From assembly GCA_964016885.1 (NCBI GenBank), contig OZ024743.1, forward strand, positions 224,068,001-224,132,000: 64,000 nucleotides of DNA, given 5' to 3'. The notes beneath the pieces were generated by a model. That model was not told where the DNA came from, did not search any database, and was given only the letters and a program-made list of their open reading frames with translations. Position numbers and translations under genes: made by a program. Positions 26,133 to 40,341 of this stretch are shown here, piece by piece (position 1 is the stretch's first letter; each line of letters starts with the position of its first letter). The DNA is from Eledone cirrhosa. Taxonomy: Eukaryota.

Positions 26133-27719
26133 ATGGACGACTCACAGCTACTCCAAGCTGACAGCCTTCCTCACAAACTAACACTTCACACCAACATCAC
26201 CATTGTAAATATTACTACGTTTGCCAACACTAAAAATATAAGCAGTAGCAATAATTTAAATTTGTCTCATGCAGACATTAATTTCCCGCCATTACCAAAA
26301 ACTGCAGGTATTAAAGCCTTATCGGACAATTAACACAAAATCGCGCCGAGTGGAACGGGCATCTGAGTCCCAAATCCAAAAAGCTTTGGGACATGTGTGG
26401 GCGAAAAAAACCCATATCAGACGTGGGCAGAAATATGGAACCGTGGACGTGTTCTTTGGAACACCACAGGGGGCCAGAGAGCACTCCGTGGCCCCATTAA
26501 GAAGCGACGACTTCACACTCGTCCCAAGCTATTGTGTCCAGAGACTCGTGAAGATCAGGGTGACCCACATTCCACCGGTCATCGAAATTCCCTGGTTAAT
26601 GGCTGCCGTCCTCGCCGGCATCGAGGCCAACACCAAAATAATTGTAATATCAAAAGAAAAGCAGGAGAACTGGTCCGGATCTGGGATGGAGCTCCTGATC
26701 CAAGCGGACCAAAAAAGCATTGAGGAAATCCCAGAGGTAATAGATCTCACTGACGGCAGCCATCTCACCGTAATCGTCGAGGGTAGAAGGCCTAGGTGTG
26801 TCGTTTGTGGTGAAGGAACCCACCTAAAGGCTTTCTGCCCTCAGGCTAAAAAGTTGAGGCCACCTCTCTTATCCACCCCAGTGACTCAACCATCAACACC
26901 ACCAGCAGCAGAAATGGCAGCAACAACTGCAGCAGCAACAACAGAGGCAACTGCAGCAGCATCAACCCCAGCAACAGTAGCACAACCAACACCACCACCA
27001 CCCACCGCGCCAGAACTAGCATCAGCACCTCCACCATCCACCACGCCTCAACCAAAACCAACGCCTGTTGAGGATTTCCCACTCCTCGACCTATCGCAAG
27101 TGGAGACAGATTGTGACGACGAGGAGTGGGAAACTGTATCAGGAAAAAAGAAAAAAAGAAAAAGAAGCCAAAAAAGAAAATATCCTCTCTTTCCCCCACC
27201 AAAAACAAAATACAGAGGGAAACAAATAAACTATCAAACAAAAAAGTTAGGACAGCTATGCCACCATCCACACCAGCATCACCAACCCCATCACCACAAA
27301 CACCAACAAGATCACCATCATTAACCCCAACACCACCATCACTAACACCACAAAGGTCACCAAAAAGCGAAACAGAAACAAACCCACAACAAACGTAAAC
27401 AAAACAAAACAACCAAAACGATACACACTACACAGCATTAAATTTGAACAACAACCAATTATTACACTACATCCAACACAACACCAGCATCACAGAAAAA
27501 TACTACACAACACCCCAAAAGTTCACACCACCTCCACACATACAAATCACTCGCATCACACAGAAAACGTACACGGCACTAAAACAAAAATTCCCCAAAG
27601 ATATCGGAGACTTCTGACGAGCACTCTCCAGGAGGATTTATAAGGACATCCTTCCGGAGGAGGCCACAAGCAGTGAAAAGGATGGAGAAACCGCCCTTCC
27701 TCTACGAGAAGTAATGTAA
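26133..27719 (+). pseudogene. Tx1 ORF1 (gag-like, CCHC knuckle), frameshifted
   Basis: CVVCGEGTHLKAFC, Pro/Thr/Ala-rich linker, EWETVSGKKKKRK. Confidence 0.8.
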
Positions 27720-27753
27720 GTGGTCTTTCCCATCTTTTCCACTCCTTTTCAAC

Positions 27754-30700
27754 ATGACCTCACTCAGAATAGGCAGCATAAATGCGTGTGGCTTGGAGTC
27801 GTCATGGAAGCAGGGCCACCTGCTCAATGACCTCAGGTCACTAAACATAGATGTAGTGGCCATCAGCGAGACCAGAATCTCCGAAGCACGGGCCTTCGCA
27901 CTGATCTTCGGCGGCTACGATGTGTACGCATCTCCCAGCCGTCCGGGATCGGGAGGAGGAGTTGCTGTGCTTTTTCGGAGAGGTTTGGATCTTGCCATAC
28001 GGGCCATCTTCCTGGACCCAGAAGGTAAGTTGGTGGTGCTGGACGTGACCAGCGGAGACGGGCAAGCTTTCAGGTTAGTGGCCGTCTATGCCCCGACAGG
28101 AGCAGGGCGGCCTGATTTCTTCTGGCGTCTGGAGACCTTTCTTGGAACGTCCCGCTCTTTAATGTTAGTGGGCGACTGGAACGGGATCTTAGATGCACGC
28201 TGGGATTGTGTGGGATTAGTGGATAGGGAAGGAGGGTGCAAGAGTCTCACCAACCTGCTCAGGCGTTTTGAACTGTCTGACAGGTACCGATTGGATTTCC
28301 CGAATGTACCAATGTGGACTTGGACAAATCGCATAGGGTCATCCAGATCATATCTAGATAAAGTATTTTGTAGGGAAATAGATAGGTCTAGCATAGGCTG
28401 TCCACAATTCAAGATAGTCAGCTACACGGACCACAAATTCGCGATCTGTGTGGTTGACTTAGATAGGCTTCATAGACGAGGACCCGGCTACAGGAAACTA
28501 AACGCGTCCTTACCAGCGCGCAAGGTCTACAGAGCGAACTAGTTAAGCGGGCGTTGACGGGGGTCATCGTCAACAACAAGTGGTGGTTTGCTCTGAAAAG
28601 AGCGATTAGAATAGAGTCCATTAGGTTTAGTAAGGCTTTAGCAATAGAGAAAAATAGAGCAGAGGGAGAACTAGTTAGAAAATTAGACGAGGCGCTTAGC
28701 AAAGGCATCGCGACCGACGTACTTACGGCGAAATTGGCCCTTGACCAATTCTTGAATGCAAAGCACGAAGGCTGCGTTGTCAGAGCTAGGGTGCGTGCTC
28801 TCAGACACGAGGGGACGAAAGCCGTTCAATGGGCCCGAGTGGCGGAGGCGCGTCGTGGCAACAAGGCACGATCCGGTCTTTGGTGGACCACGACGGGCGC
28901 ATGCTACTCGATCCCGGGCAAATGTGTGAAGCTTTTCAGCGACACTTCGCACAGCTGTTCGGGGGCAGCGGCGGGCCGGATCGAGGGATGGACTTTAGTG
29001 TCTACCTCGACTGACTGCCGCGGCTCTCGGCCACTGAGGCGGAGTGTTTCGAAAAGCCGATAACAGCCGCTGAAGTACGGGAGGCAATGACTGGCTGCAC
29101 AAGGGGTAAATCGCCTGGTTTGGATGGTCTGCCCTATGAACTTTACGTACAGATGCCAGACTTGTTCGGCGGCCTCTTGGCGGACGTCTACTGCAAATGG
29201 CAACAGAACGGGAGAATTCCCGGCTCTGTGAGCCGAGGAACGGTGGCGCTGCTGAGAAAGGATCCGAACAAGGGGATAACATAGATAATTTCAGGCCCAT
29301 AACTCTACTAAACACAGATTTCAAGATGCTAGCAAAGAGGTTGGCGCTTGTCGTTGGTGGTCTGATGGGAGAGGTGCAGACATGCGCCATTCCCGACAGA
29401 TCCATCCACGACAACCTCCACCTCATGCGATACATCGTAGAGAGGGTAGCTAGGGAACCTGGCACGGGTGGATCCTTGATCAATTTAGATCAGTCGAAAG
29501 CTTTCGATAGGGTCGACCATCGTTACCTAGCAGCAGTCCTGAGGGCGGCTGGCTTTGGGCCCGTCTTCAGAGGCTGGATCTCTGCCATGCACAGCGACAT
29601 CTGCTCTGTGGTGAGAGTGAACGGTCACCTTTCGGAACCGTTCAACATCATGCGCTCGGTCCGCCAAGGCTGTCCCCTCTCGTCCCTCTTGTACGTATTG
29701 ACTCTCGAGCCATTACTGCACAAACTGGAGACGTTGAGGGGGTCCCGCGCGAACTAGGATGCAGAAGATCCGTGTTAGCATATGCGGACGATGTCACCGT
29801 AGTGGTGTCGAACGCCAAACACATCGAGGCGATCGGCACTACACTAAGAGAATACGAAGCGGTGACAGGAGCAATGATCAACCAGGAAAAGTCAGTGGGC
29901 CTGCAGCTCGGCACCTGGAGAGGCAGGTCCATGCCGTCCAACAGCGTCGTCGGGTGCTGGACGGACGGACCGGTTAAATTGCTAGGGGTCTGGTTCGGTC
30001 CGGACCTCCAGACGGACAAAAACTGGGACGAGGTGTCGAGCAGGGTGGCGTCTCTCACCCAGAAATGGGCGGAGAGGAAGCTATCCCTGAAAGGTCGAGC
30101 GGAGGTGGCTAACGCGTACAACGCGTCCGTCATCTACTACCGCCTGACCGTCGTACCTTGTCCTAAGCCCCGCCTGACTGCGCTGGAGCGTTTGCTCTTT
30201 CGCTTCTTGTGGAAGGGACGCGCTCCGATGGTCAGGCGGTCCATCTGTTGTCAACACCCGCTACGTGGAGGGCTGGGCATGCCGTGGCTGATGATGCGCA
30301 GGCACGCGCTCAGGCTACGACATCTCCACCTCTTCCTCGACGGTGATCAGGTGTGGTCGCCGTTTACTAGACGCGTCTTTCCCCAGCTCGTCTCCTTGAC
30401 GTAGCTGCAGTCCTGGGTCAAGCGAAGACCGAGAGGGAGTACTTGGAGACTGGAATGTCTTCAGGCGCTCACAGCCCTCGACCAATCGGGCAATGTGATC
30501 GGTGGAAACTCCACCATGGCGTTCTATAGAGGATTAGTGGAGGGGAAGAGCGACGACGTACTTGGAGAAACTCTAAGCGTCGACGAAAATCAACTAGCCA
30601 ATCTCTTCGGAAGAACTTTCGGGCCGGGGCCTATGGACAACTTCCAGAAATCTCTGGCCTGGCAGTGCTACCGAGGAGCCTTGCCAGTTCGGGATAAACT

Positions 30701-31148
30701 CTACAGGCATGGAGGTGCCGTCAGCCGGGCATGTCCGAGATGCGCGCAGGGCGACGAAACCGTCCTGCACGCACTCGTCCAGTGTCCGAGCATTGCTGAC
30801 TTGTGGGTTTATCTTGAACACCTGCTGTCACGTGTAGGATGGATCCAGCTATCAGCTGAGTCCATCGTGAGGATTGCCCCGACCTCTTCCTTTAGCAGGG
30901 AAGGGCAGGCAGTTTTTATCTGTCTGGTGGCCATGGCGAAAGAGATAGTATGGTGGACACGTTTGAAAGGGCTGAAGACAAGCACTTACCTCTTCGGTGA
31001 TGCCCTGATTAACTTTTTCAAATTTCATTTGAAAAGGAAAATCAGGGTAGAGAAGGAAGTGCTCTCTTCCCAGCATTTTGTTGAAAGATGGGTGAGAGAA
31101 TCTAGTATGGCCCGAGTGAATGGGCCTACTCTGAGTATGTGTCTGTAA
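27754..31148 (+). pseudogene. Tx1 ORF2 (APE endonuclease, RT, C-terminal Zn finger), disrupted
   Basis: GSINACGL, ISET, VYAP, VGDWN, SYLD, TDH; KSPGLDGL, RPITLLNTD, LDQSKAFDRV, VRQGCPLS, YADD; CPRC..ETVLHALVQC. Confidence 0.93.
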
Positions 31149-31412
31149 ATTAAAGGTGGAAAACTGGGAGAGGGCACTTGCCCTGGTGGTCAGGGTCACT
31201 GTAGCCTTTTAATGGGCTTTCTCCACAAATTTCCCTCGGAAGTCTCCACCCTATTGGAGAATTTTTCATTGTTATTTTTTTGTTACATCCTCTGTTTTTG
31301 TTTATTTACACGCAGAAATACCCATTTGTACCGTCCTGTATTGTCCTGTACTATCCTTAATGTCTACTTTATGTAAACCCTTGTGGTTAATAAAGAAAGC
31401 ATTATTATTATT

Positions 31413-31444
<32 letters not shown>

Positions 31445-31458
31445 TATTATCATTATCA

Positions 31459-32985
31459 CTCTGTCACGCTGTGCAGATGGATAATGCACTTGGGTATTTA
31501 GTCATCTGTCGAGTTTCAGCAAGGACCTCAGATGGATGATACTTTTCTCAAAATGTGCGAAGTACCTAGCAAAGCCCCCTTTTGTATGACACCTAATATG
31601 TATGGCATTCACAGTTGCTTTAAGTTTCAATAGGATTGACCCTAATGCCCCGATCACAACTGGTATCACTTTCACATTACCCTCTTGCATTCCAGTTAGT
31701 CTTGCCATCTCCACTTTCAATTCGGAGTACTTGGTGGTGTTTTCAATCTCTTTACTTGAAATATTCGTGTCATTCGGTATGGTTACGTCCATGATCTGAC
31801 AGTATTTGTCTTTCTTATTCAATACGATAATTTCCGGTCGGCGATGTTCAATTACGCTATCAATTTGAAAATCATAATTTCAGAATATCGTTGCTTTCCC
31901 ATCCTTCTGCATTACTTTACAATGCACATGCTTTTACCAATTCTCTATTATTTCATATTTGTATTTACGACACAAAAGCCAATGAAGGCATTGACAAACT
32001 TGATCATAGCAGCGTTTGTATTCTTTTTGCGCAAGGCTCTCACAACCACTTTCAAAGTGAGTAACATTTTCCACATTCTTTCCACCTCGCCTGTATTTCT
32101 AGATGTCAGAAGATTTGTAGATGTCTTACTTCACCGAATTGGTAGCAAGAGCTTGGTCTTGCACTGCAACTATAAGGCTTTCAGTGACGTGTTTCAAATC
32201 GCCTTGCTTAAGCCATTTCCATGATATTTTATCTTTGATATCTTGTGTATTTCTTTCAAATTGACCATGCATTCTCATTCCTAGAAGATTTTCTTTTCTT
32301 TTCTCTTCAGTTCTTTGGTTAAACACTTCCTTTCCAGTCATTTCTACTGTATTTATATCCATATCTTCTGCTGCATATCAAGTATTCTCCAAACGTTCTC
32401 CTTTCACTCCTTATACAATGATCCACACTGCCACCATTCTTTCTTTTCATGTACAGTCTATTAATATTTGCTTTAAAGTGTAAAGCTCCGTATATTGTCA
32501 CTAACATTCTCGTCTTTATATCCAATTTTGATATTTCTTCTTCAGTCCACCTGAGAAAAGATGCGCCATATCTAACCATTATAACTGCCCAGATATCCAT
32601 TGCAGAGACCAGATTTCTCGCGCTCAAGTTGGATTTTAAAATCATTTTTTTACATTTTTTAAATATATCTCTCTAATCTTTTTATTTTTTCCTTTCTGCG
32701 TGTAAAATACTTGTTTCTACTTTTGGCACAAGGCCAGCAATTACCTAGTTCATTACCGGTACTTTATTTTATCGACCCCGTAAGGATGAAAGGCAAAGTT
32801 AACCTCGGCGGGATTTGAACTCAGAATGGCAAGGGCCGTAACTCTATGCGTCAAAGCATGACGCCCGACCCTCTACCGATACTGCCAATCCACGTGTAAA
32901 ATACTATCTAGCTCCAAGATCCCCAAATATTTATAGCCACTATTTTCTGGTTCTCCCGTGTTTTTTCCCGATGGCAGTCGTAATG
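31459..32985 (-). mobile_element. R4/Dong-type RLE LINE 3' part, decayed, interrupted by a SINE
   Basis: YKYLGILE, RLYMKRKNGG, WLKQGDLK..TESLIVAVQDQAL, DVTIPND, IPVVIGALG. Confidence 0.85.
32712..32892 (-). mobile_element. SINE with 13-bp TSD
   Basis: TSD cgtgtaaaatact at 32699-32711 and 32893-32905. Confidence 0.92.
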
Positions 32986-33034
32986 TATAGGTAGATAGAT
33001 AGGTAGATAGAGAGATAGAGAGAGATAGATAGAT

Positions 33035-36000
33035 AAATTTCTTTATTAGCCACAAGGGCACAAAAGAAGGGGACAAATACAAATGCGGAGTTTACATACA
33101 GGTATATGAAAATAAAACTATTAATACAATAACAAATAACAATTGAAATCCCCAATATGGGGGGAGGTGTTACACAGGGGTTGTACACACCCCGAAAAAA
33201 TGTACAACCCTCATCTCCAGGAGCACCAAGAGTGAGTACTCCCTTCCTCTCTGCCTCTTTTTCCTCAACCTACAGGCTTATTTAGAGAGACGGCCCAACT
33301 ACTCGGGCCATCTTTTCCACATTCACCCACCTTTTATAAAATTTGCTGGGGTGCAGCACCTCTCTCTCCATCCTGATTCTTCTTCCAAAATGATATTTGA
33401 AAAAACGAATCAGATGCTCGCCGGAGAGAAAGGTATCTGACCTCAGCCCTTTTAACCTCGTCCACCATATAACCTCTTTCACCATAGCCATAACACATAG
33501 GAAAAGCGCCTCTCCATCGTTTTTGAAGGAGGGTGGCGGTTTGATCATGACAATGGACTCGGTGGTCAACTGGATTGGTCCCACCCGCGACAATAGTCGT
33601 TCTACATAGCCCCACAGGTCGGTAACGCTCGGGCAGTGTACAAATGTGTGTGCGACGGTTTCCTCGTCGCGCACGCATCTCGGACAGATCTTTTTCGAAG
33701 GGTCCCTACCCGGGCACCCGTGTCTGTAGAGCTTGTCTCGAACTGGTAGATCTCCTCGGTAGCACTGCCAGGCCAGGGACTTTTGGAAGTTGTCCATTGG
33801 TCCCGGGCGGAAGGTCCTACCGAACAGACTGGCCAGTTCGTCCTCCTCTACGCCTAGAGTTTCTCCGAGCGTGTCGTCGCACTTGCTGCGGACCAACCCT
33901 CTCTAGAAGGTCGAAGTGGAGTCTCCACTGATCGCCGGGTCCGTTTGCCAGAGGACTGTGAGCGCCTGAGTACATTCGATGTGCCAGTCGCCCATTTTCC
34001 TTGGTCTTTGCTTGACCCAGGACTGCAGCTCGGTCAGCGAGACGAGTCGTGGGAAGGCTCGCCTCACGAACGGGGCCCACACCGGTTGTCTGGTGAGGAA
34101 TACGTGGAGGTGCCGCAGTCTGAGCGCGTGTTTGCGCATCGTCAGCCACGGCCTCCCCAGCCCTCCGTTTGAAGGGTGTTGGCAGCAGATGGATCTTCTC
34201 ACCAAAGGAGCCCGTTTCTTCCAAAGGAATTGGAAGAGCGCGCGCTCCATTTTGGTGAGCGTTTTGGCTGGACAAGGCACAACGGTGAAGCGATAGTAGA
34301 TAACGGACGCTATAAAAGTGTTCACCACCTCCGCTCGACCTTTCAATGATAGTTTGCACTCGGTCCACTTCTGGGTGAGAGCAAACACCTTGGCCGTCAC
34401 ATCGTTCCAGTTCTTCTCCACCTGGAGGTCAGGACCAAACCAGACCCCGAGCAGCTTTACCGGCCCTTCCGTCCAGCGTCCGATGACGTCATCGGAAGGC
34501 ATCGGTTTGCCTCTCCACGTTCCGAGTTGCAAACCGACGGATTTGTCCCGGTTCAGCTTCGCTCCTGTGAACCTTTCGTATTCCACCAGTAAGGTGCCGA
34601 TCTCCCCGATTTGCGAGGTGTTCGACACCATTACTGTCACGTCGTCGGCGTAGGTCGACGCCGCTTTTCGCAGTCCCGGTTCCAAAGGGATGCCCTGCAA
34701 TAGCTCCAACTTCCGCAGTAGTGGCTCGAGAGTCAGTACGTACAGAAGGGAGGTGAGAGGGCATCCCTGTCGGATAGATCGCGTGATATGGAACGGCTCC
34801 GAGAGGTAGCCGTTCACCTTGACCCTTGAGCAGATGTTGCTGTTGTGCATTGCAGCAATCCAGCCCCTGAACACGGGATCGAAGCCTGCCGCCTCGAGCA
34901 CCGCATCCAGGTAACGATGGTCAACCCTATCGAAAGCCTTAGACTGATCAAAGTTGATCAGGGCCCCACCGAAGCCGAGTTTACACCTACCCTCTCTATA
35001 ATGTATTGCATGAAGTGGAGGTTGTCGTGTATGGACCTGGTCGGGATTGCGCATGTCTGCGCTTCTCCCACCAGGTTTTCGACGACAAGCGCCAGCCTCT
35101 TTGCCAACACCTTGGCCAAAATCTGTAACTTTGTGTTGAGCAGAGTTATGGGCCGGAAGTTGCCTATGTCATCCCCTTGTTCTCGTCCTTCCTGACTAAC
35201 GTGATTACGCCCTTGGTCACAGAACTGGGAATTCCCCCGTTCTGCTGCCAGTTGCAGTAGACCGCTTCCAGGAGACCGGAGAACAAGTCTGGCATTGCTA
35301 CGTAAAATTCGTAGGGTAGACCGTCGAGACCTGGAGATTTGCGTTTGCCGCATTGGCTCAGCGCGTCCCCTATCTCAGCGGCCGAAATCGGCCTTTCGCA
35401 GAACTTCGTCTCGCTGTCCGAGAGTCGCGGTAAGCCGTCGAGGTATGAACCGAAATCCATAGCCCCTCCCGGCGTGCCGCCCTGTCCGAACAGTTGAGCA
35501 AAGTGCCGGTGAAAGGCCGCGCACATTTGCTTCGACTCACGTATCACGCGTCCGTCTTGGTCCTTCAAAGACCGAATCGTGGACTTGTTGCCACTTTTCG
35601 CCTCCGTCACTCGGGCTCAGCTAACAGCTTTGGCTCCCTCGTTTCCCAGAGCACGTATTTTGCTTCTGACAACGCAGCCTTCATGCTTTGCGTCGAAGAA
35701 CTGGTCCAAGGTCGTTCTCGTCGCTAGCACGTTGGCTACGTTGCCACTCCTAAGTGCTTCTTCTACTTTATCTACCAGTTCCTTTTCGGTCTTATTTCTA
35801 TCTAACACTAATTCTTTACTAAAATCTATCGAGTCTAATCTAACTGCGCTCTTGAGAGAGTACCACCAATTTGTTGTTGACAATGGCCTCCGTCAAGTGC
35901 TTCTTAACTAAAGTGCTAATCCGTCTACTGTAGGCTTTGCATGTCGGTAACGACAAGTTCAGCTTCCAGTAGCCGGGTCCCTGTCTATGGGTTTTGTCAA

Positions 36001-38672
36001 GCTTGACTAAGCAGGTCACTAATTTGTGATCTGAATAGGCAACCATGAACATTTGTGGACAGCTTAACATGTCCCTATCCTTCTTTCTAACTAGAACCCT
36101 ATCTAGGTACGATCTAGATGTTCCGCTACTATTACTCCACGTCCACAGTGGCACAGTTGGAAAATCTAGTCGATATCTATCGGCCAGGTCAAATCGACCG
36201 ATTAACTGTTTGAGGCTGTTACACCCCCCCCCCTCTATCGGGACATGCTCCCACATAGTCCCAACGTGCATCTAGGATTCCATTCCAGTCCCCCACTAAC
36301 AGCAGGGAGAGGGACGTTCCCAGAAAAGTCTCTAGACGTTTGAAGAAGTCTGGCTGCGGTGTTCCGGATGGGGCATATGCGGCCACCAGCCTGAAGGCTC
36401 CACCTTCACTACAGTCAACGTCTAGGGCCACCAGTCGACCCTCCGGGTCCAGATGTACCGTCTGTGTTACGAGGTCCAGGTGTTTCCGCAGCAAAACGGC
36501 AACCCCACCCCCACCTCCCGGCTGACAGAGAGATGCGTAGATCTCAAAGTCGTCGAAGATGGGGGCCAGTTGTCGCTCGCTGTGGATCCTGGACTTGCAA
36601 ATGGCTACTACATCCATACTGTGCGACCTGGGGTCGTTTAAGAGTTTGCCCTATTTCCAGGGCATCCCCAGGCTGCGTACATTCACACATCCAACTCTTA
36701 TATTGGCCATGTTGGTGATGAAAAGTTAAAAGAAGAGGAAAAGAAATCACTCACCTCTTCGTCTCCTGGGGACCAGGCTGCACAATTTCCATGGGGGTGT
36801 TGGAGGGGTTGTTTGGTGAGGTGGTGGTCTCTGGCGGGGTGGGGACGGAGATGTTTGGTGGGGATGGGTGTCAGGTGGGGTGGGGGTGTCTGGGTGGGGG
36901 TGGGGAAACATTTCAAAAGGACGCGGTTATAGGAAATTTTTCTTTTAACTGTTTATGTGTGTCCATTGAGATCCTAATCATTTTAAGATTAGGATTCTCC
37001 GCAGAGTGTGTAAAGTTTTCCCTTCGGTCTCCACCGAAGGGTTTTTATATATGGTGTCTGTTAAAGTTTTATTGTTAGTATTTATGTAGGTGTAACATTT
37101 TTGTTGTGTTGAGTTGCTTTTTTTCTGTGGTTCTTGTGTGTGTTTACGTTTTGTAGCAGGTGTTTTGTTTTCAGGAGGGGGTGTTTTTGTTTGTGCTGTT
37201 TGCGTCGCTTGTATTGGTGTTTGTGTGTTTGTTGCATTTTTGTTTGTGTTATGTCTTTTCTTTTTTCTTTTTTTTACTGTCGGAAAGGCTCTCCCTCATC
37301 GTCACTGGGTGACGATGATGAGGCCTCATCCGTGTTGTTGGGGAGGGGTACATTTTGAGGAGCTGTTATGTGTGTGGGTGTTTCTGGAGTTGTTTTAGGT
37401 GGGGGGGGTAGACTGTGTTTGCAGTTTGGTTTGTTTTTGTGTGTTGTTGTGGTGGTGGTGGTTGTGTTGTTGTGTTGGGTGTCGACAGTAGTGCCCTTTT
37501 TTTACTGCAGTTAATTGAGGACAGGAAGCCCTCAGGTGACCACTGCTTAAACAGTGGTAACAAAATTGATGAAACCAGCTATTATCCACCAGATGTTTAC
37601 ATTTGGTGTGATGCTTGTTATTTTTATTTTTTGCGTCCTTTTTCCCATGTATGTGGGGAAAAAGGTGTAGAGTGGGGACACAATTGGCGACACAGAATAT
37701 TTATGTGCCGTCAATTGGTCTTTCATTATTATTGATAAACTCCCGAAGAGTTTTCCCTTCTGTATGAAGGCAATGTCTTTCATGGAGTTTCTTAGAACCA
37801 GCTCAATTTCGTTTTGAGTTAATTGAGCTGGTTTTCTGGTGGTATTTGAGATTGTCCTAAAAACTATGGTTTTCAGGACAGTGTCTCTACGCAATTCTTG
37901 GGGAGAAGTGATGCTAAAAGCACCATTCTCCCCAAAAGTTATATATTGCTTGGCATCTCTTAGCAATTCTCCGGCATTAGAGATGTCAATCTGTGTATAT
38001 AGTTCTGTATTTTGAACAGTTTGTGCAAACGAGGCCTTTTTTCCTTGTTTGTGGAGTTGTTCTTGTTGGTGTTGTTGTCATTATTGTTGCTGCTGTTGGT
38101 GTTGTTGTCATCATTGTTGCTGTTGTTGTTGTTGTCATTGTTGTCGTTGTTTTTGTTGTTGTTTCTGTTGTTGTTGTTGTTGATTTTGTAGTTCTCAATT
38201 GCTTGATCTGTGGTTGCGGAATTCATTTGTGAAGTTGTGTTTTTGTTCATAGCATTGTTGTTATTGTTGTTGCTGGTGCCGCTGGTTGTGTTGTTTTGGT
38301 TTGTTGCCGTGGCAACATCAAGTTGTCGGTCAGCAGGCGGAGAAAATCCTTCCTCTGGCTGACCTTTGTCTTTGACATCTGCTACTATGACAGTGGCAGG
38401 GGGAAGCTGAAAGCATATCTTCCCTTTTCCTCCTTCGAATGTTGGTGAAAAAGATTCAGCCATTTTTTTAAAATGTTAGCTTTTCCAAAAAAAACTTTTT
38501 ATGTACTATTTCGCCTAAAGGCATAGAATATTTTGAGAGACTGACCACATCAAAATTTGACCTGGCAGTCCCTCTACAAGTTGATATAAAAATGAAGGTT
38601 CACAGTTAGGAATTTCTATAAAAATTTAGGCAGAACTTACCCAGTAAGTTTCACGCGTGTGTCCATCCCAGA
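33035..38672 (-). mobile_element. Tx1-clade LINE (family B), near full length, inserted in (TATC)n
   Basis: ORF1 pieces 37395-38463 (CYHCLSSGHLRASC), ORF2 pieces 33282-36710; GATA tracts at 32990-33034 and 38673-38782. Confidence 0.92.
33282..36710 (-). pseudogene. Tx1 ORF2 (APE-RT-zf), frameshifted
   Basis: AYAP, VGDWN, SYLDR, SDH, KSPGLDGL, DQSKAFDRV, IRQGCPL, YADD, CPRC..ETVAHTFVHC. Confidence 0.92.
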
Positions 38673-38782
<110 letters not shown>

Positions 38783-39347
38783 GTTGTTTTTATTCTCCGA
38801 ACTCTAATATATAGGGCCGGATTCAGATCTAAGGGGTTCCGGAGAAGTTCAGGTTTGATGGGTTCCTTATATAAAAACAACAAGCAATTTAAATTTATTT
38901 TCTCTGTTAATGGTTGCCTTGGGGTCCCCATAACAAGTTTCTACACTGCTATATTAATTACATTCTCTGTCAACAACACTTTCAATTCCTTCACCATCTT
39001 TCCCAATCATGTATTTTTTTTAATCTTCCCCTTTTTTCTACCTCCCTCTACATTCATTTTCACCAGTCTTCTCACCCAGTCACTTTCATCTTTCTTCTAC
39101 ACATGACCCAACCATCTCATTTTATTTCTCTTCGCAACATCCATCGTTGGCTTTATTCCCATCATCCTCTGCAGTTCATTATTTTGTTATTCTCTCTCTG
39201 AGCAATATTACACTAATCCATCTTACCATTCTCATTTTGGCTCTTTCTATCCTTCTTTGCTGCTCCACATTCTGGGTGGTGAACGTATATCGCTCATGTC
39301 TCGCTCTCATAAATCATGGCATTTCACAAAGAGAGAGAGTGAGAGAT

Positions 39348-39469
<122 letters not shown>

Positions 39470-40152
39470 TATTTTCCCCTTCAGTTTCAATGACACTCCT
39501 CTGCTCTTTAACACGCCACTCAGTTCCCAGGACTTCTAATTTTGTGTATGAGTCCCTCATAGACAAAATTCAAAATACACAGCGAATTCCCAAATTTACA
39601 TATCAAAATCCATGTAGTGCATGAAATTGAAATTCGCAATTTACACATACAAAACTGAATTTCTCATTATTAAGCTGGTGTTTGGAACATAATGTAATAA
39701 GGGTTCTTTCAATTACATTGTCTCTGCGAACAGGACGCCTTTCCTACTCTGTTCTTTAAAAATAGCTAGTGGCCCTTTTTAAAGAGGGTCACCTGTTACT
39801 TGATAAGGCTCAGGGCATCGTATCCTCCACCCTCGATAAATCCGGCCTTGAATATAGATGTATGTTTGTATTAGTATATATGCATGGCTAAATAAATATA
39901 TGAATATATAAAAATATGTCTGTCTATATATAAATATATGTTGGCGGAAGAAACAAACCACTTAGGTTTACATTTTTATCCTGATAATTTCCACTGCTCG
40001 AACTGGATCACATACGTCTTCCTGTTGAAGAGAGTGACTGACAAAAGACGGTCGGGTTTTATTATTAAGATATATATAAAGCGCGTAAACATAATTTAGA
40101 TTTGCAGTTGTCGTAGTAAATCAAATGTCAAGCTATCATTATCTACAAACAC

Positions 40153-40341
40153 TAGGGCGGTGGATTGGCAGTATCGGTAGAGGGTCGGACGCCATGCTTT
40201 GACGTATGGAGTTACGGCCCTTGCCATTCTGAGTTCAAATCCCGCCGAGGTTAACTTTGCCTTTCATCCTTACGGGGTCGATAAAATAAAATACCAGTAA
40301 TACACTGGGTAATTGCTGGCCTTGTGCCAAAAGTAGAAACA
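40153..40341 (+). mobile_element. Full-length SINE with 15-bp TSD
   Basis: TSD attatctacaaacac at 40138-40152 and 40342-40356. Confidence 0.92.

Larger units (their letters stand above)
25917..31400 (+). mobile_element. Tx1-clade LINE (copy A), near full length, inserted in (ATT)n
   Basis: ORF1 plus APE-RT-zf ORF2; AATAAA at ~31389; (TTA)n upstream and (ATT)/(ATC)n downstream. Confidence 0.92.
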
